64,000 bases of DNA from Craspedostauros australis (GCA_030167865.1 JALAGF010004161.1:1-64000), one strand, 5' to 3'. Numbered from the stretch's first letter, positions 21,701 through 33,400 are shown. The notes: generated by a model not told the origin, from the sequence alone. Translations and numbers: made by a program.

Positions 21701-22131
21701 GCAACAGAATGCGATGTCTCCAGGATGCTCGGCATGTTGTCCAACAACGACCTCGTTTGCACGGGCTTGCCATCCTGCAGCACAATTCTTCGCACCTTGC
21801 TGCTGGCAACATTCGACGCTCTCACGCTCTCGCGCGGTGTTGGTGCCGGACCCGCGTCCTCGTTGCCGGTGCTGCCTTCCGGTGGCGGATCCTGGCGTCG
21901 CGTGTCCAGCACCATGTTCTGGTGTTCCAGCTCCACTTCGATCGCCCCGACCAGCCGCAATGGCCGATTCGCCGGCGACAGATCACACGGAGGATGGATG
22001 AGCATGGATTGGGGATGGGTCAGGGATTCATCCATTTCCGTCAGCGATGGATCGTGCTCCACCGAGGGGACTGTCACGGGCTCCGGTGCGGGCTCCGGTG
22101 TGGGCTCCGGTGCGCTCTCCGCATTTCCCAT
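18736..22131 (-). CDS. Large, mostly disordered protein with C-terminal coiled-coil domain; possible N-myristoylation
   Basis: 1131-aa uninterrupted ORF starting MGNAES (MGxxxS). C-terminal motifs FIGQNPRFL and LRKAQVDNAFLNA. Confidence 0.8.
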   Translation of the reverse strand: MGNAESAPEPTPEPAPEPVTVPSVEHDPSLTEMDESLTHPQSMLIHPPCDLSPANRPLRLVGAIEVELEHQNMVLDTRRQDPPPEGSTGNEDAGPAPTPRESVRASNVASSKVRRIVLQDGKPVQTRSLLDNMPSILETSHSVATTAAGTVVVNNKINAGNIIAQPMTIEEKISALAMSPTDQKDGPMPAPTSSSNGVQYDYDRAEFNHADSAYGFEVFAHAPGQTRTNEKAYAVKGEEKKEEEEPIAGTPFTGDGDHVLSHGAPELFSDHDSVLSLMETSAAVFSVLRQAATANYEDDATYAAVDNDGAEDTAPADVMRQVRDDCEEGDMTTAIGFLETASAVSQVILDSQQRQSQSRNQEEDDGSAGREADIQDSVPFAQSFMIEDGISVTDASQAVMQILQAAHTGMDVDDATIADASVRLIGMMNLSGDCNARSNHNDDDAINDDASTMHGCNQSVVNGGQSVMTNISQKSVALWKILDTCATEVSENESSVQAFNRGVQQLLMQQRLQHEQALEQSRLRQAAAAAQSTNSAMLPRETTTIMEDQELNPRSQREQQQQQQKSQMPAQTETTADGRDINESTQSNNRSSANMMSRTDAADGMQTSPSAPDPQQSLRRKQAESPGQILHSASQSVSQATTGTIMTRGRKDPGGQRSRVGMGKYQRMSLHELVAARQAESKRKRSKTSTRAAATSTSASTSRPQQRTPRDPEDQTNRLTTQLFNHYSNMLTLNTKPATVHANSVNGEDPTPQHTNRNIDLNDSNRESRKADAMRKPQKFTFALNGLGSQDEGEEKEAAASRLPSDAAAATVTTGEQTGDMQRRVTQVTPAELKAAGQEKEEIDMEFVELYDAVFNEFIGQNPRFLIGNPDLVHNMRVAKLQKLFEYNELLAAHYEDELQRAQKAKAEDQKKLMAELREASQRKAASEITQQRNLHTFQSNATTTRARMVWELVSMTEQQEKIRATLKQSLEAPLANGDFGALMRAIPDELLEDGDKKSSNNSSSNSSSNSTASNGNISSSSISSRSSGSRRRKQSDADPNAPKPMSLKDAISQQPLYAVQFNDKCEQALRKAQVDNAFLNAESAIVQKKLKPAMKAAKKHVWVAQKLRTITPQGMDHLRQKYAESMDVEL

Positions 22132-22786
22132 GGTGAGTTCCCTGGAGGAGAGTAGCTACTCTACTGGAGACGACTGCTATTGCGCTGTTGCGTTAGTGAT
22201 TGTGATCGATGCTATTGCAATAGTCTCGTACAGATGCAGGGCGATCCTTTGATGGGGTGTTGTCGTTTGCTCCTGGTATCTATGGTATTGATGCAACACC
22301 CTCTGAACTGTGCAGCCGCATGCTTTGTACCATTCTGTCTGCAGAGATGCAGAACTATCAGTTGCCGTCGCATGTTTTGGTTGAGGAGAAGCAGTAAAAA
22401 AGATGAGGAGATGGTTTGGCGATTTGCGTGTGCCTGAAATGTATGTATTCAGGCATGAATACAATTCATATCCACTCCATTCGTCACACTGGTTTCCGTT
22501 GAAGTCACATGATACCAATCCTCCTATCCAGTCCTGCGAAGTTTTCACGAAGTTTAGTCACGTGCAGTATTCAAGTCCACGAATTTCGTGCCACACCAAA
22601 ACGAAAACACGAACACCAACCAACACAAAAAGGCGGAGGAAAAGAGGTCGACCATGGCCATTACCATCGCACCGCTGCGACGCCGGGCGCAACGGCAGCC
22701 ACAGCGAACATGACGCGAAACAATATCCACCAATTCAACGCGGAGTCGAATATCTCTCTTAAATAGAGTACCAACAGTTGTAATCA

Positions 22787-23974
22787 ATGTTGGTCCTTCA
22801 AAATACCAACAGGTTCCAAGTGCTGTCTATGGATGCCTCCGCATCCGTTCAGGCCGCGCAGCATGACGCATGCAACAACGAAGCTCCACAGCAAGCTCAA
22901 GAGCAAGCATCGGCATCGATCTCCTCGACGAACGATGATCAGCAGCTACCAGTGTTGCAGTTGGCAGATTTGCTGTTGCACGCAAAGCGAGGCACGACCC
23001 GCCAAATGGCGTCGAAGCTCATGACGGCATTGCAACGCCACGCATATTGCTTGCTGCAATTCCCACGCACGAGCCTGCCAGGTGCCATCGTCGACAATAT
23101 GAGGCACGTCCTGCACAACGAGCTGTTCGCGTCACGCCACAACGCGCAGCATCTCGAAGTGTCCGAGACGGTGTACGTGTCGGAGACGGGCGTTCCGATG
23201 TGGAAGCTGGGATATGAGCGTTCCGAAGATGGCGTGCGAGAATTCTTCCGCATCCATGGTGGGCGACCCGATGATCAGCCGTGGCCGCATGCTGCGCGCA
23301 CGCGGTGGTTGCGAGGTCTGGCGTTGTGCCGGCATATTTGCGATGAAGCGTTGGGGCTGTGTTTGGATCAGGCCGCCACCGACACGTCGAGCGCGGTACC
23401 GAGTGTCCGAAAGAGGCCTGGCAGAGGACGCTGGACGTGGAAGTCCGACAAGTATGCGTCGACGCCGATCAATGACATCGAGGAACGGTTTGGCGACTTT
23501 TCGGTCATGTACTCGATGCATTACTTCAATGACGTTGATGTCGGCAGCGAGTCGAAAGAAGAGAGAATGTCAGATCCGAAGGAAAATGCCAGTGCGGGCG
23601 CCAATACCGTGGAGGCGTCATGCGAGGAAACAGACGTCGATGATGCATCTTCCTCCGTGCGAATCAACGTGAAGCAACACGTCGATCCCAGTCTTTGCGT
23701 TCTGGAGCCGTACCTATGCACCGATTGCCCAGGATTGCAGGTGTGGGATGAGCATTACCGGAAATGGATTGATACTGACGGTCCCGACTCTCCAGTCGCC
23801 AATCTGAAGCGAAACATGCCAGATGACGATTTCATGTGCCTCTTTGTGGGACGCGCATTTGCTCGGCACATCACATCTGTCAAGCCGACGCTGCATCGCG
23901 TCGTCGCTGGTCCCAGCGGAGCGAGTCGTCGGTCGATTATTTACGAGCAGAAGTATGAGGAATTCTTTGAATGA
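22787..23974 (+). CDS. 2-oxoglutarate/Fe(II)-dependent oxygenase (IPNS-like)
   Basis: HxD (QHVDPS), GLQV, distal His (TLHRVV) and the RxS 2OG-binding motif (RRSIIY). Confidence 0.85.
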   Translation: MLVLQNTNRFQVLSMDASASVQAAQHDACNNEAPQQAQEQASASISSTNDDQQLPVLQLADLLLHAKRGTTRQMASKLMTALQRHAYCLLQFPRTSLPGAIVDNMRHVLHNELFASRHNAQHLEVSETVYVSETGVPMWKLGYERSEDGVREFFRIHGGRPDDQPWPHAARTRWLRGLALCRHICDEALGLCLDQAATDTSSAVPSVRKRPGRGRWTWKSDKYASTPINDIEERFGDFSVMYSMHYFNDVDVGSESKEERMSDPKENASAGANTVEASCEETDVDDASSSVRINVKQHVDPSLCVLEPYLCTDCPGLQVWDEHYRKWIDTDGPDSPVANLKRNMPDDDFMCLFVGRAFARHITSVKPTLHRVVAGPSGASRRSIIYEQKYEEFFE

Positions 23975-24175
23975 CAACACAACACTCGCACTCCAGAGTA
24001 TGTACGTACATGTGACAATGTGAATACACTCGCAATCTTTCACCGGGTGCACTGACAGAGAGGCAGCACCGGTGCACGAGCAGTTGCTTCTTGCGAGTAG
24101 CTATCTCTATTGTATTAACTCGTAGGCGCATGCGAACCTACGAGCATCTCCACCCAAGTTGTGTGTGTGTGCGTG

Positions 24176-25741
24176 TCACGATTGTGCTTCGTAAACGGGA
24201 AAGAAGATTCGTCTCTTCAGCTCTGGATTCGTCCAATTGTATCCCAAATCGTATGCTCTGTTCCTTGCTGATGGCACATTCAGTATCGCTAGATCTGCAC
24301 GGCTGCTGTTGCCAAGCACCGCTGCAAATTGAGCATATGTAGACCTCGCCATGCCCGACAACGATCGCTGCGCTTTGAGCAAGAAGCAAAAGTCCTGAAC
24401 GCCGGTCTGCTTTGGAATGATTCTCGTCTCGATCCCAGCACCCTGCAGCTTGGCTTTGATGCGTTTCACGGCGGAATTGTGGATCCTCGATGTGATCGCA
24501 ACCTTGTCGCCGGGTCGGAGATGCTTGAAATGCTGCGATGCGATTTGGTCGGGCGAAAGCTCTCCAAACCCAATGCCTTGCGCACGATGCCCCAATTCAC
24601 CAACGAAATTGCGGTAGTGCTGTGGTAATTAAATTCGTCGTTCGGTGGTGCACAGCGCATAATGTTCGTGATGGAGCAGTTCAGCAATGGATGGGAATGT
24701 TGAGTCTGTGCACTATTGTGGATGCAAAAGTCGAAAACAATCTGCAATTGCAACACGCTGCAACAGATCGCAACAATCGTTCTCTATGCACCCACAACTT
24801 ACCAACACAGCCTCATCCGGATCCGGAACCAGCGCGCAGCAGGCCGACTCGTCAAATGCAAGAAAGTGGCGTATGCTGGTGTAATACTTGTCGATGAAGT
24901 GGGGGATGTGCATGGTCGAAGCTGAAATGAAAGGATGCACGATGTCTTGGCCGAGATTCGCTTCTCGCATATCCTTCGGCAGTTGCAATACGAGCTCTTT
25001 CCAATGTCCCAATGCCTTGTGCACTTGATCGATGTCAGGATCATTGATGTTCTTCAGTTCCGCCACGTGCATCGCCAAGGATGATGGCCACATCTTTGAC
25101 TGCTGTTTGATGCGTTGAATCGAACGCGCGCTGTTTCCCAGCTCGAAATCGAGGCTGCGGAGGTTGGGGAAGCACTGCTGTATGTCGGCGCGCGCACTCT
25201 TCCATTTGGCTTCGTGCTTGGATTGGTGTTGCAAAACGAGGTTGGCGCGGATATCAAATTCTTCCTTCGCCCAACGCTGCAGGCAGTATCCATGCGTGAT
25301 GTGAACAAGGTTGTTCGCCATCTCTCCGCTCAGCCGAACCACGATAGTTGCATTGTAGTTGTGGTTCTTCATGCTCGTATTTGTGGGGGAAGGGCTGACT
25401 TTATGTGCTCCAAACTTTGGCGACACGTCTGCTGGATTCGCTGGTTTCGGAATATCCAAAGCGTGGGAAAGGACAACGTGCGCATCGTTGGCATCGCGCT
25501 CACCACCAGCCATAGTAGTAGGGAGTTGAAGTTGCTCCTGTTTTGGCGCACGAGACTGATGCCAGGCCTCTTCGTTGTGCGCAGCTGAAGGCAACGCTGA
25601 TAAACCTAGCTGGTAGCTTGAATGGAACGAGAAAAGGATGCAAGACACGAATGTGAAGATCGTGAGTGTTGCCTTGCGCGACATCCCCTCTCCGGCATTG
25701 ATTCGTCTTCCCTTCATGCTGACATGCATGCCTCTATTCAT
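24176..25741 (-). CDS. GT11/fucosyltransferase-like type II membrane protein, paralog A; exons 25741-24803 and 24619-24176
   Basis: N-terminal TM, then LSGEMANNL, EAVL|HYRNF and QDFCFLLKAQRSLSGMARSTYAQFAAVLG. Phase-0 intron 24802-24620 (GTAAGT...CACAG) joins the two ORFs in frame. Confidence 0.72.
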
Positions 25742-26164
25742 GCTTGATTGTGCGGTATTATACCTGCATGCGCCGTATCATATCATTTCAAGTGGCACCC
25801 TGCGCCACCATCTCGTAAGCGTATCGTATCGTGTGGTATCGTGTCTTTTGGGGATTTTCACGAGGCTGAGAGGATGCCAACGCCGTGTCATCGATGTGGC
25901 TGAGTGTGGGAGAGTATAATCGATGATTGATCACGAGTGGAGTGTGGTGAACAAGTCTGCAACTGTACTTGCGAGACGACGGACGTGGCGTTGAGGAGCA
26001 GCGTCGGTTGATCGTCTCCGCACCATTCGGTCGTGTTGATGTGTTGTGTTGATGTGTTGTTGATTTTTGTGGTGTTTGGATCCGGTCATTCTCGTTTTTG
26101 GCTTCGGCGAATCTTTCGGCGTCCCTTTCGCCGTCTCTCATCGCCAAACTCCTCCCATCCAAAT

Positions 26165-27631
26165 TCACGCAGGCTGCTCGTACTCGTACTCCTCAAAAGT
26201 GAAACGCTCCTTCAGCTCTCGCGTCTGCCACGGATATTCCTTCAACGACGAGGTCACCGTGCTGTTGCTATCGACGCCGGCAACTCGGACGCTGTACAAT
26301 CGCACTTTGGGAGAGTCTCCCAGAAACCCTGCCCATCGCACGAACGTGGATTTGGCAACGCCGACCAACTCCTTGCGCGCATGCTTCAGAAAGCAAAAGT
26401 CTTGCACGCCAGTTTGGTTCGCAATGACACGAACTTGGATGCCACGTTCTTGGAATGCCGCGACGTAGGATTGACTCAAGTCCGTATGGAACCGCGTCGT
26501 CATTGCCAGCTTGTCGCCGGCCTTGAGATGACCAAACAGTTGATGCGCTGCCTGATGCGGATTGAGCTCGGTGTATCCGCGATGCGCCTGTTCTTCGAAG
26601 GACAGCTTCTGCAGCTCGGTCGAGAACTGGCGGAAATGGAACACGGACTCATCGCGGTGCGGCATCCGCGAACAGCAGGCCTGTGAATCAAATGCAAACA
26701 GCCGCCGGTAGTCTTGAAAGTACTTGTCCAAGAAGACGTTGTGCATGGGACGGTTGCCGATCCAGACATTTGGTATCGTGATGTTCGCGGCATGTTTGCC
26801 CACATTCATAACATGAGGCTTGTCCTTCCGATGCACCAAATCGTCGAGGATGGCAAGCCCGGCCTCGATCTGTGCTGGATTCTCGCCTTGGATCAGATGC
26901 TGCAACGTTTCCGTCATGTCGACTGGCAGTCGATCCTCTCCCGTCACAGCACGCAGCGTGTTCAGCAGGTTCGCCGATTCTGGCTGGTACGCCTTGAGCC
27001 ATTCCGTCTGTTGCTTCCTGCGCTGTTTGAACTCCGGATGGTTGCCCTGATCAAAGTCGTAGGATCGCAGGTTGGGAAAGCATTGGTGGACGTCATCTCT
27101 GGCAGGGATCCATTTGCCCTTTCTCGGAAGATGGCGCAGGACGATGTTGGTCGCCAGACCGTGACGCTGCTTGGCCCAAAGATGGAGGCCGTAGCCGAAA
27201 GCGAACTTCTGGAGGTTGTTGCACATTTCGCCTTTGAGTTGCACGATAATCGTGGCATGGAATTGGTCGATGCCACCTTGGTTGGGACTTCTCGCGTTCG
27301 TCAGCCCATTGCGTGTTTCACCTGATACAAGGACACCGGCTTGATCTTGACCATCCAGTTTGTTAGTGACGACGACGACGGGTGGCGATCGTACACCGTT
27401 CAGACCTTGATTCCGCGTTGAGAGTCGTTGTCGTGGCCGCGAATGCGGAGCAGCCAGCAGACCGTCGATCAGCACTTCATTTCCACCGCTGCGCGCAACG
27501 AAGAATACCATCAGCGCAATCTGAAGCGTGATGAAGCCGACGATCGTCCATCGGATGCATGGCAGTATGTTGGTTCTGTTCTGTTTCTTGTCACGGGTCA
27601 GGTTGCCGAGTCTGACGATTGATCTTCCCAT
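26165..27631 (-). CDS. GT11/fucosyltransferase-like type II membrane protein, paralog B (intronless)
   Basis: TM near the N-terminus; LKGEMCNNL, ESVFHFRQF, QDFCFLKHARKELVGVAKSTFVRWAGFLG. Confidence 0.75.
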   Translation of the reverse strand: MGRSIVRLGNLTRDKKQNRTNILPCIRWTIVGFITLQIALMVFFVARSGGNEVLIDGLLAAPHSRPRQRLSTRNQGLNGVRSPPVVVVTNKLDGQDQAGVLVSGETRNGLTNARSPNQGGIDQFHATIIVQLKGEMCNNLQKFAFGYGLHLWAKQRHGLATNIVLRHLPRKGKWIPARDDVHQCFPNLRSYDFDQGNHPEFKQRRKQQTEWLKAYQPESANLLNTLRAVTGEDRLPVDMTETLQHLIQGENPAQIEAGLAILDDLVHRKDKPHVMNVGKHAANITIPNVWIGNRPMHNVFLDKYFQDYRRLFAFDSQACCSRMPHRDESVFHFRQFSTELQKLSFEEQAHRGYTELNPHQAAHQLFGHLKAGDKLAMTTRFHTDLSQSYVAAFQERGIQVRVIANQTGVQDFCFLKHARKELVGVAKSTFVRWAGFLGDSPKVRLYSVRVAGVDSNSTVTSSLKEYPWQTRELKERFTFEEYEYEQPA

Positions 27632-28090
27632 GTCGCTGTCTGCATCTGCATCTGTGCGAGAAGAGAGTATTGTACGAGTCTCGTGTCAACACCGTTGTTG
27701 CCCTTGTTGTTCTGCCTCCGACGTACGTAGGTCTTTGCTAAATCATCATTGTCGATTAGGACGGCTAATATCCTAGCGTCTCAAAATTATCAAAGAAACT
27801 ATTCGAAGCCCCTTTTCGACACAACGCAAACACGACAACAGAGAGAAGAAACACGACAACACGTCGAACCCCATGGTGCGGTTCACCATGGGCAAGATTT
27901 TGGGCAATACCGTTTACCTCGTCGTGAACCCGCTGCGCAACCCATCGTTCACGGACCCAAACGAAGAAGACTTTTCCACATCGAATGCACACACATCATA
28001 CTCGTTCATTGCGCGCCAAAGCATGTGCTGAAAGTCCCTTCTTGACTTCAGGCGCGACGCACTCTCAACGCACTCTATTGAATTGGAACG

Positions 28091-30306
28091 ATGATGCATC
28101 CAAGGCGCAACCCATCGCACAGGGTCCAGCATCAGCCACGCTCTCACACGCAATCGTGGCCACACAGATCATTCGCAACAAACGCATCAACGGGAGGGCC
28201 ATCGAGACGAGGCATCACCAACTTCTTTCTGCTTCGGGAATGCAGGATCTTCTGCACGCGATATCTTCGAACAAGCCGACGATGTTTCATCGTAGTTCTC
28301 TCCATCACGATGTTGGTGTGCTTGCGTGGTGCGTCGTTCTTCTTCGTCTCCAACTATTCACACATGGAGTTTGATCTACACTCGAAAAGTGTGCTGAGAG
28401 ACGTCAGCACGCTCAGTGCCTCGGTTACGACCCGGAATCACCCGCAGCTGTTTGAGAGATTCAAACAAGAATCCAAGCAAGCAGCTAAACCGCCGCCTGC
28501 TTTCACAGCATCAAACGCGCCGCAAGATCAAATGGCTGCGGTGGTTGCGATGTTGAGGGGGGAACTGGGGAATCATCTGTCCGGCATCGCCCATGCGAGG
28601 GGGTTGCAACTGTGGATGTTGGAACATCACGGCATTTCGTCGAAGTTGGTGCTGCACCATCCAGATCATCGCAACGCGAAGTACAAGATTACGAGGGAGG
28701 CCGTGCAACAATGCTTCGTCAATCTGCGGCGTTTCGAGCACTTCGATGATGGCCAATACCAGGACGTGGACGCCTTAGATGGACGCGGTGGGAATGGATG
28801 GTGGCGGTGGTGGACTTCAGGGCGGAACTTGGGAGATTATCCATTCCCTGAATCTCAGACGCTGGTCGGCATGGGGCGGAGCGATGTTGCGGAGTTAGAT
28901 CTCGTCAATGGAAGACCGATTCCTGGCAAACGTGCTGCTGGTGCACGAGAGGCTCCAACCAAGGATGATCTGTCCCACGCTTTGGAGCGATTCATCTCGC
29001 TGCGTCAAACCCCTGATCCGTTGCTGCAGCCCAACCATCAGCTGCCTGTTCCATTGCCATACCTTCAGTCCGAGTCTCTGGATCACTTCGTCTTCCTTGA
29101 TCAGTATTACACTGAGATGAAGGAACTGTTCAAGTTCGACACGGAATCCTCCACATGCTGCCGACAAGTCCCATCTCCCGATGAGACTGTCTTCGTAAGT
29201 GAATCCTTGTACTCAATGGATACTCTGTGCTTGGAGATGTGCTACAGGGATGTGGGATTTTGGGTGATTCTGCATAAGGTTCGGATTTGTGCTTGGCAAG
29301 GATTGAAAGACCGTACTGCAACCCCCACAAACGCCAACACCCTTCTATTGAGTTTCGCTCTTCCATTCTATGGTGTTCGCATCACTGCTCTGTGGAAGTT
29401 CCGTGTTCGCCATCTGGCCGCGCCCGTCTCCAAGAGAGAGACTGGCACACCTGTTGGCGTTTGTCCTCCATCCATCCATCCACTCACGCATGAATCCATC
29501 CATCCGCACTGTCTCTCCTTTCGTTCGTTGCCCTTGGCTTCATCACATGCGTTGTCCGGTTCTCTTTCGCCCGGTTTTGATGCTGCTGCCTATTTTATGT
29601 TGCGCAGCACTTTCGGAATTTCGCATCAGAGATGCCGATAGCCCATCGCACCCTCGGATTCGAAGAGATTTCGCCAGCTAAATCTGCAACAGCGCTGTTC
29701 GGACACCTGGAAGCTGGGGATCGTGTCGCCATCGTCACAAGAAGCCAGAAGGAGGAGAGCGGCAACAGCAACGGCAATCATGGCACTCGGAGCCCGGTGC
29801 AAGCCTACGTGCATGCTTTGGAGGCACGTGGACTGGTGGTCCGCATTGTTGAGGACCAAACCCCTCTCCAAGACTTCTGTTTCTTGCTGAATGCAAGAAG
29901 GGAGATCATTGGAAGCGTCAGGTCCACATTTGTGGTCTGGGCTTGTGTCTTGGGATCCGCTGCCAAAACAAGATTGTATATGTGGGACACGATCGGCCTA
30001 AGGAGACGGTTTGGGGGAAGGCTCGCACTGTCGGGAAATCCAGAAAGCCAGAACACGGGCGACATGCAACCCCCAACAGAACACATCGGCGCCGATAATC
30101 AACATCCACATGATCTGGCACGGCATGCGTCAGACATATTCCTGGAACGGTTTGCGTTCAATTGGACGCAGCCAGAACTGCGGTCGCGGATTCACTTCGA
30201 AGCCCACAAGTCGGAAGAGCTTTGGTGGATGGAGCAATCCAAGGTGCGACGAGGATCTGGGGCGAGGGTGCCCAGACCGGTAGTGGCGGATAAACGGGCA
30301 CAATAG
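28091..30306 (+). CDS. GT11/fucosyltransferase-like type II membrane protein, paralog C; exons 28091-29194 and 29608-30306
   Basis: TM; LRGELGNHL, ETVF|HFRNF, QDFCFLLNARREIIGSVRSTFVVWACVLG. Phase-0 intron 29195-29607 (GTAAGT...GCGCAG). Confidence 0.75.
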
Positions 30307-30403
30307 GAACCGTTCTACTTTGGTAGGAGAAGGCAATGGTGCTGCAAGGTATTCGCACGAAGGGGCACCAATTCTGGCGGACAAGATCAAACTAGATTGT
30401 GTA

Positions 30404-30459
30404 ATGTCGCCTGTGTCATGTCGCCTGTGTGATGTCGCCTGTGTCATGTCGGCTATGTG
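30404..30459. repeat. 14-bp minisatellite (ATGTCGCCTGTGTS), about 4 copies
   Basis: Direct reading; the last copy is degenerate. Confidence 0.85.
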
Positions 30460-33400
30460 CTGCCGTGTTACAAGGTCCAAGGTGAACGACGATCCGCATC
30501 CAGATCCAATGAGGCACGATGAGTAAAGTCCAGAATACTCGTGCATTGGCAGCGGATTGCAGGTCGTACGCGTGCGACACCTCCGCCCCCACTATGCTGG
30601 CGAAGAGCATTCCGTTTCGATCTTGGGAATCGCCTCTCCAGAGGCAAGGATGCTCTTGCATCGCCAGTACGCACGAGGATGGTTGGAGTCTGGAACAGAT
30701 TATTATCGTTCAGGTACGTAGGTCGTACTAGTACCGTACCGTAGTCCGAAAGCGTGGATTTTGTGGAAGTGTCACCCAGAGGTGAACCCAGAGATGTGCT
30801 CTCAAGAGAATTTGTATTCGAGGCAACGCACCAAGGGGAGACATGATGCACCGCGCGATGAGCTCGACTTCGTCTCTCGAAGTGCTTGGGACGTTTTGGT
30901 CTTCGCCCACCCGAGCGGACCATCAGAAAAGGACCAGAAAACGTTGGAGTGGAAAAAGAAGGCCTTCCGCAAATTGTTGGCAGAGCTGGATGCAATGTGA
31001 ATGCATGTTCACTTCTGAGGCTTGCGACACAATCTGCCGGCAGTTTACGCCGCCGACAGATCCCAGATGATACCGAGAACCACGTCGTCTCGTTGGGCTA
31101 CTTTGTCGTAACCTTGTGACCACACCACCAGCCAGCCAGCCAACCAACCACCCAACCTCTTCATAGATGCGGATGCGGTTGCACTTTGGTACACGAGTGA
31201 TTGCTACGAGGTGAAGGGTATCACCATCCTGCCGGAACTTCTTTGCCTGGCTGGGATGTTGGACACATCTGGCTCGTGAGGATCATTGTGCCCGTATGCT
31301 CGCCTTCACACGTAGTCGTGCTTCGGCGGAGACAGACACAATCTTCCACTCCATGTTTCGAGATACCGTACCTCTCAGACTACCATAAACGGTTCCAACC
31401 TATTCAGATTGATGCACGGCGGCGGCAGAAGACCGCTCGAGCCATTTTCCAGATTAGCTCTGTACCCCACGAACTGCACGCATTCATCCATGGCCTGCTT
31501 CACATCTTTGTTCGTCTTGAGCATCACCAATCAATTGTTCAAACTTGGTGACACCTGGTTGAATACGAACATGAAGAAGGGGTACAAGCTCCCATGGAGT
31601 GGAAGAGTTCCTGGACAAAAAGCGAAGCACTTGCTATCGTCGCTGCATCGCGTTTCTATCAAACCGACACCACGCAAAATGTGAAGCCAACACGCCCTGT
31701 CAGCATTGTGGTCACGTAGTGATGGAACGAAGTGTGAAACTGAACGTTCTGGAGTACGCGCGAGCACAAAGCACGTAAAACACCAACGTAGAAGATGTTT
31801 GCATGGTGTTGCCACAAAGCGAAAGACAAATATTGGAGCACTTCTGGTTGCGAACACACGTATAAACATTCTTACGCGCATCGTTTGTTCGTGATGTGGG
31901 GAGTGCTGGCCGCTGGTATTTTGCTTTGGTCAGTCCATCATTTAGACGCGTTTCTTTTCTTTTCCGGTGGTTGTTCGCCATTTCGTGGTTCTACTTGTCG
32001 CCATTAGACATTTCTATAACCGGGAGCCGATAGGCAACGGCCGACAACTCTGTGAGTACCGTTTTGTCTTTCCTGTTCTTTGCCTTCATTTCTCTTATTT
32101 CTACGGAAAGGGGTGGTCTTCGTACACTTTTTCCCAACAGGCAGCTCGCAACCGAGGCCTCGAAAGGCAATTGTTGTCCTTCGTCAACAACGCGGGCACA
32201 GCCCAGAGAAGATGATCCGTTTCCGGGGTCGGACTCGTCCCCATCCCTTCCGGACAGAAGAGGCATCTACCGCGAGCAACCAGTGCCGTATTGCGCTTCA
32301 CAAAGACTCGCAACGAGTGTCCCAAGGCTGTCGGAGCCTCTAAGCGACACAAATGAAATGAAATGCGATGTTGAAGCGGAGGCTGTGCCATATCTGATGG
32401 GTGCGAGCATGGAACACGTCTCCAACTTCATCGATAATCGTGAGCAGAGGTGGCGCCGTCCGCACAGCCGTTTATCAGGAAACGGTTACTCTGCGTGTTT
32501 CATGCTTGTCTCGTGCCGAGTGAGGAAGTAATGGCGCGAAGTTGTATCGCTGCCAGCCGCACGCTACTACACATTGGTGGTTCATCTCTTTGCACCTCAC
32601 ATGGCAAGCACGAAGCAAGGTGAGCCGAGCATGTCCGCGCACTTTGGAGGATACATGTGGCCCACGCCAACGAGACACCATCTCCCGATTTCTCGTCTTT
32701 GCGATACAAACTGATTCCTCCAGAGGGAACTACACTACCAAATGGCTATTCTCTCATGATGCATAGATAGTCCCCATGCTCGGCACGATTGGACTCTGAT
32801 GGCAATGACAGGTTCATCTATGCATCTCTTACAGACGAGCCGCGCGCAATGCTCTGCTCTGCTCTATTTTGTTTTATTCTGTGCATCTTGGCCATCCCAT
32901 CCATCCTTGTGCCTTTCATGATGACCCTTACATAATGCAGTATTCCATTATATAGAATAATATTCTAGAATAGCTCCCAGTAAAACTGGTGCCTCATCGA
33001 AGACTCTGGGCGTCTGGTAATGGTGCAACCAGCAACCAGCAAGGCGATTGACGCCCATCGACTGCATCAACAGCTTAGCCTCCAAAGGCACTTCCACCCA
33101 GAGAGAGAGACACACACACATCGAACTTGCGGTGAGTCGGGCTTGGAATCTCCCTGCTCATTGCGGATGTGGCCCCAGGTCCATTCGAATGCTCAGCAAT
33201 GCATAATAGTATGGTAGGATATTATGCAATCTAATACCGGAGAGTGACAGGCAAACTTCTCGTATTTGCATCGCACAAACTCGTGCTCGCGGCATACGCC
33301 AGTTTTTGTGAAGGAACCTGTTACTTTTGGCACCGCTTCTTGCTTGATGGAATGATACTCGTCTAGTATCACACACCCGTACAGACAGTAGGTAGAAGAG

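Noticed and set aside
29195-29641. C-terminal ~150 aa of the 516-aa ORF as genuine coding sequence
   Set aside because: Read-through into an intron; homology with the paralogs resumes only after the acceptor at 29607.
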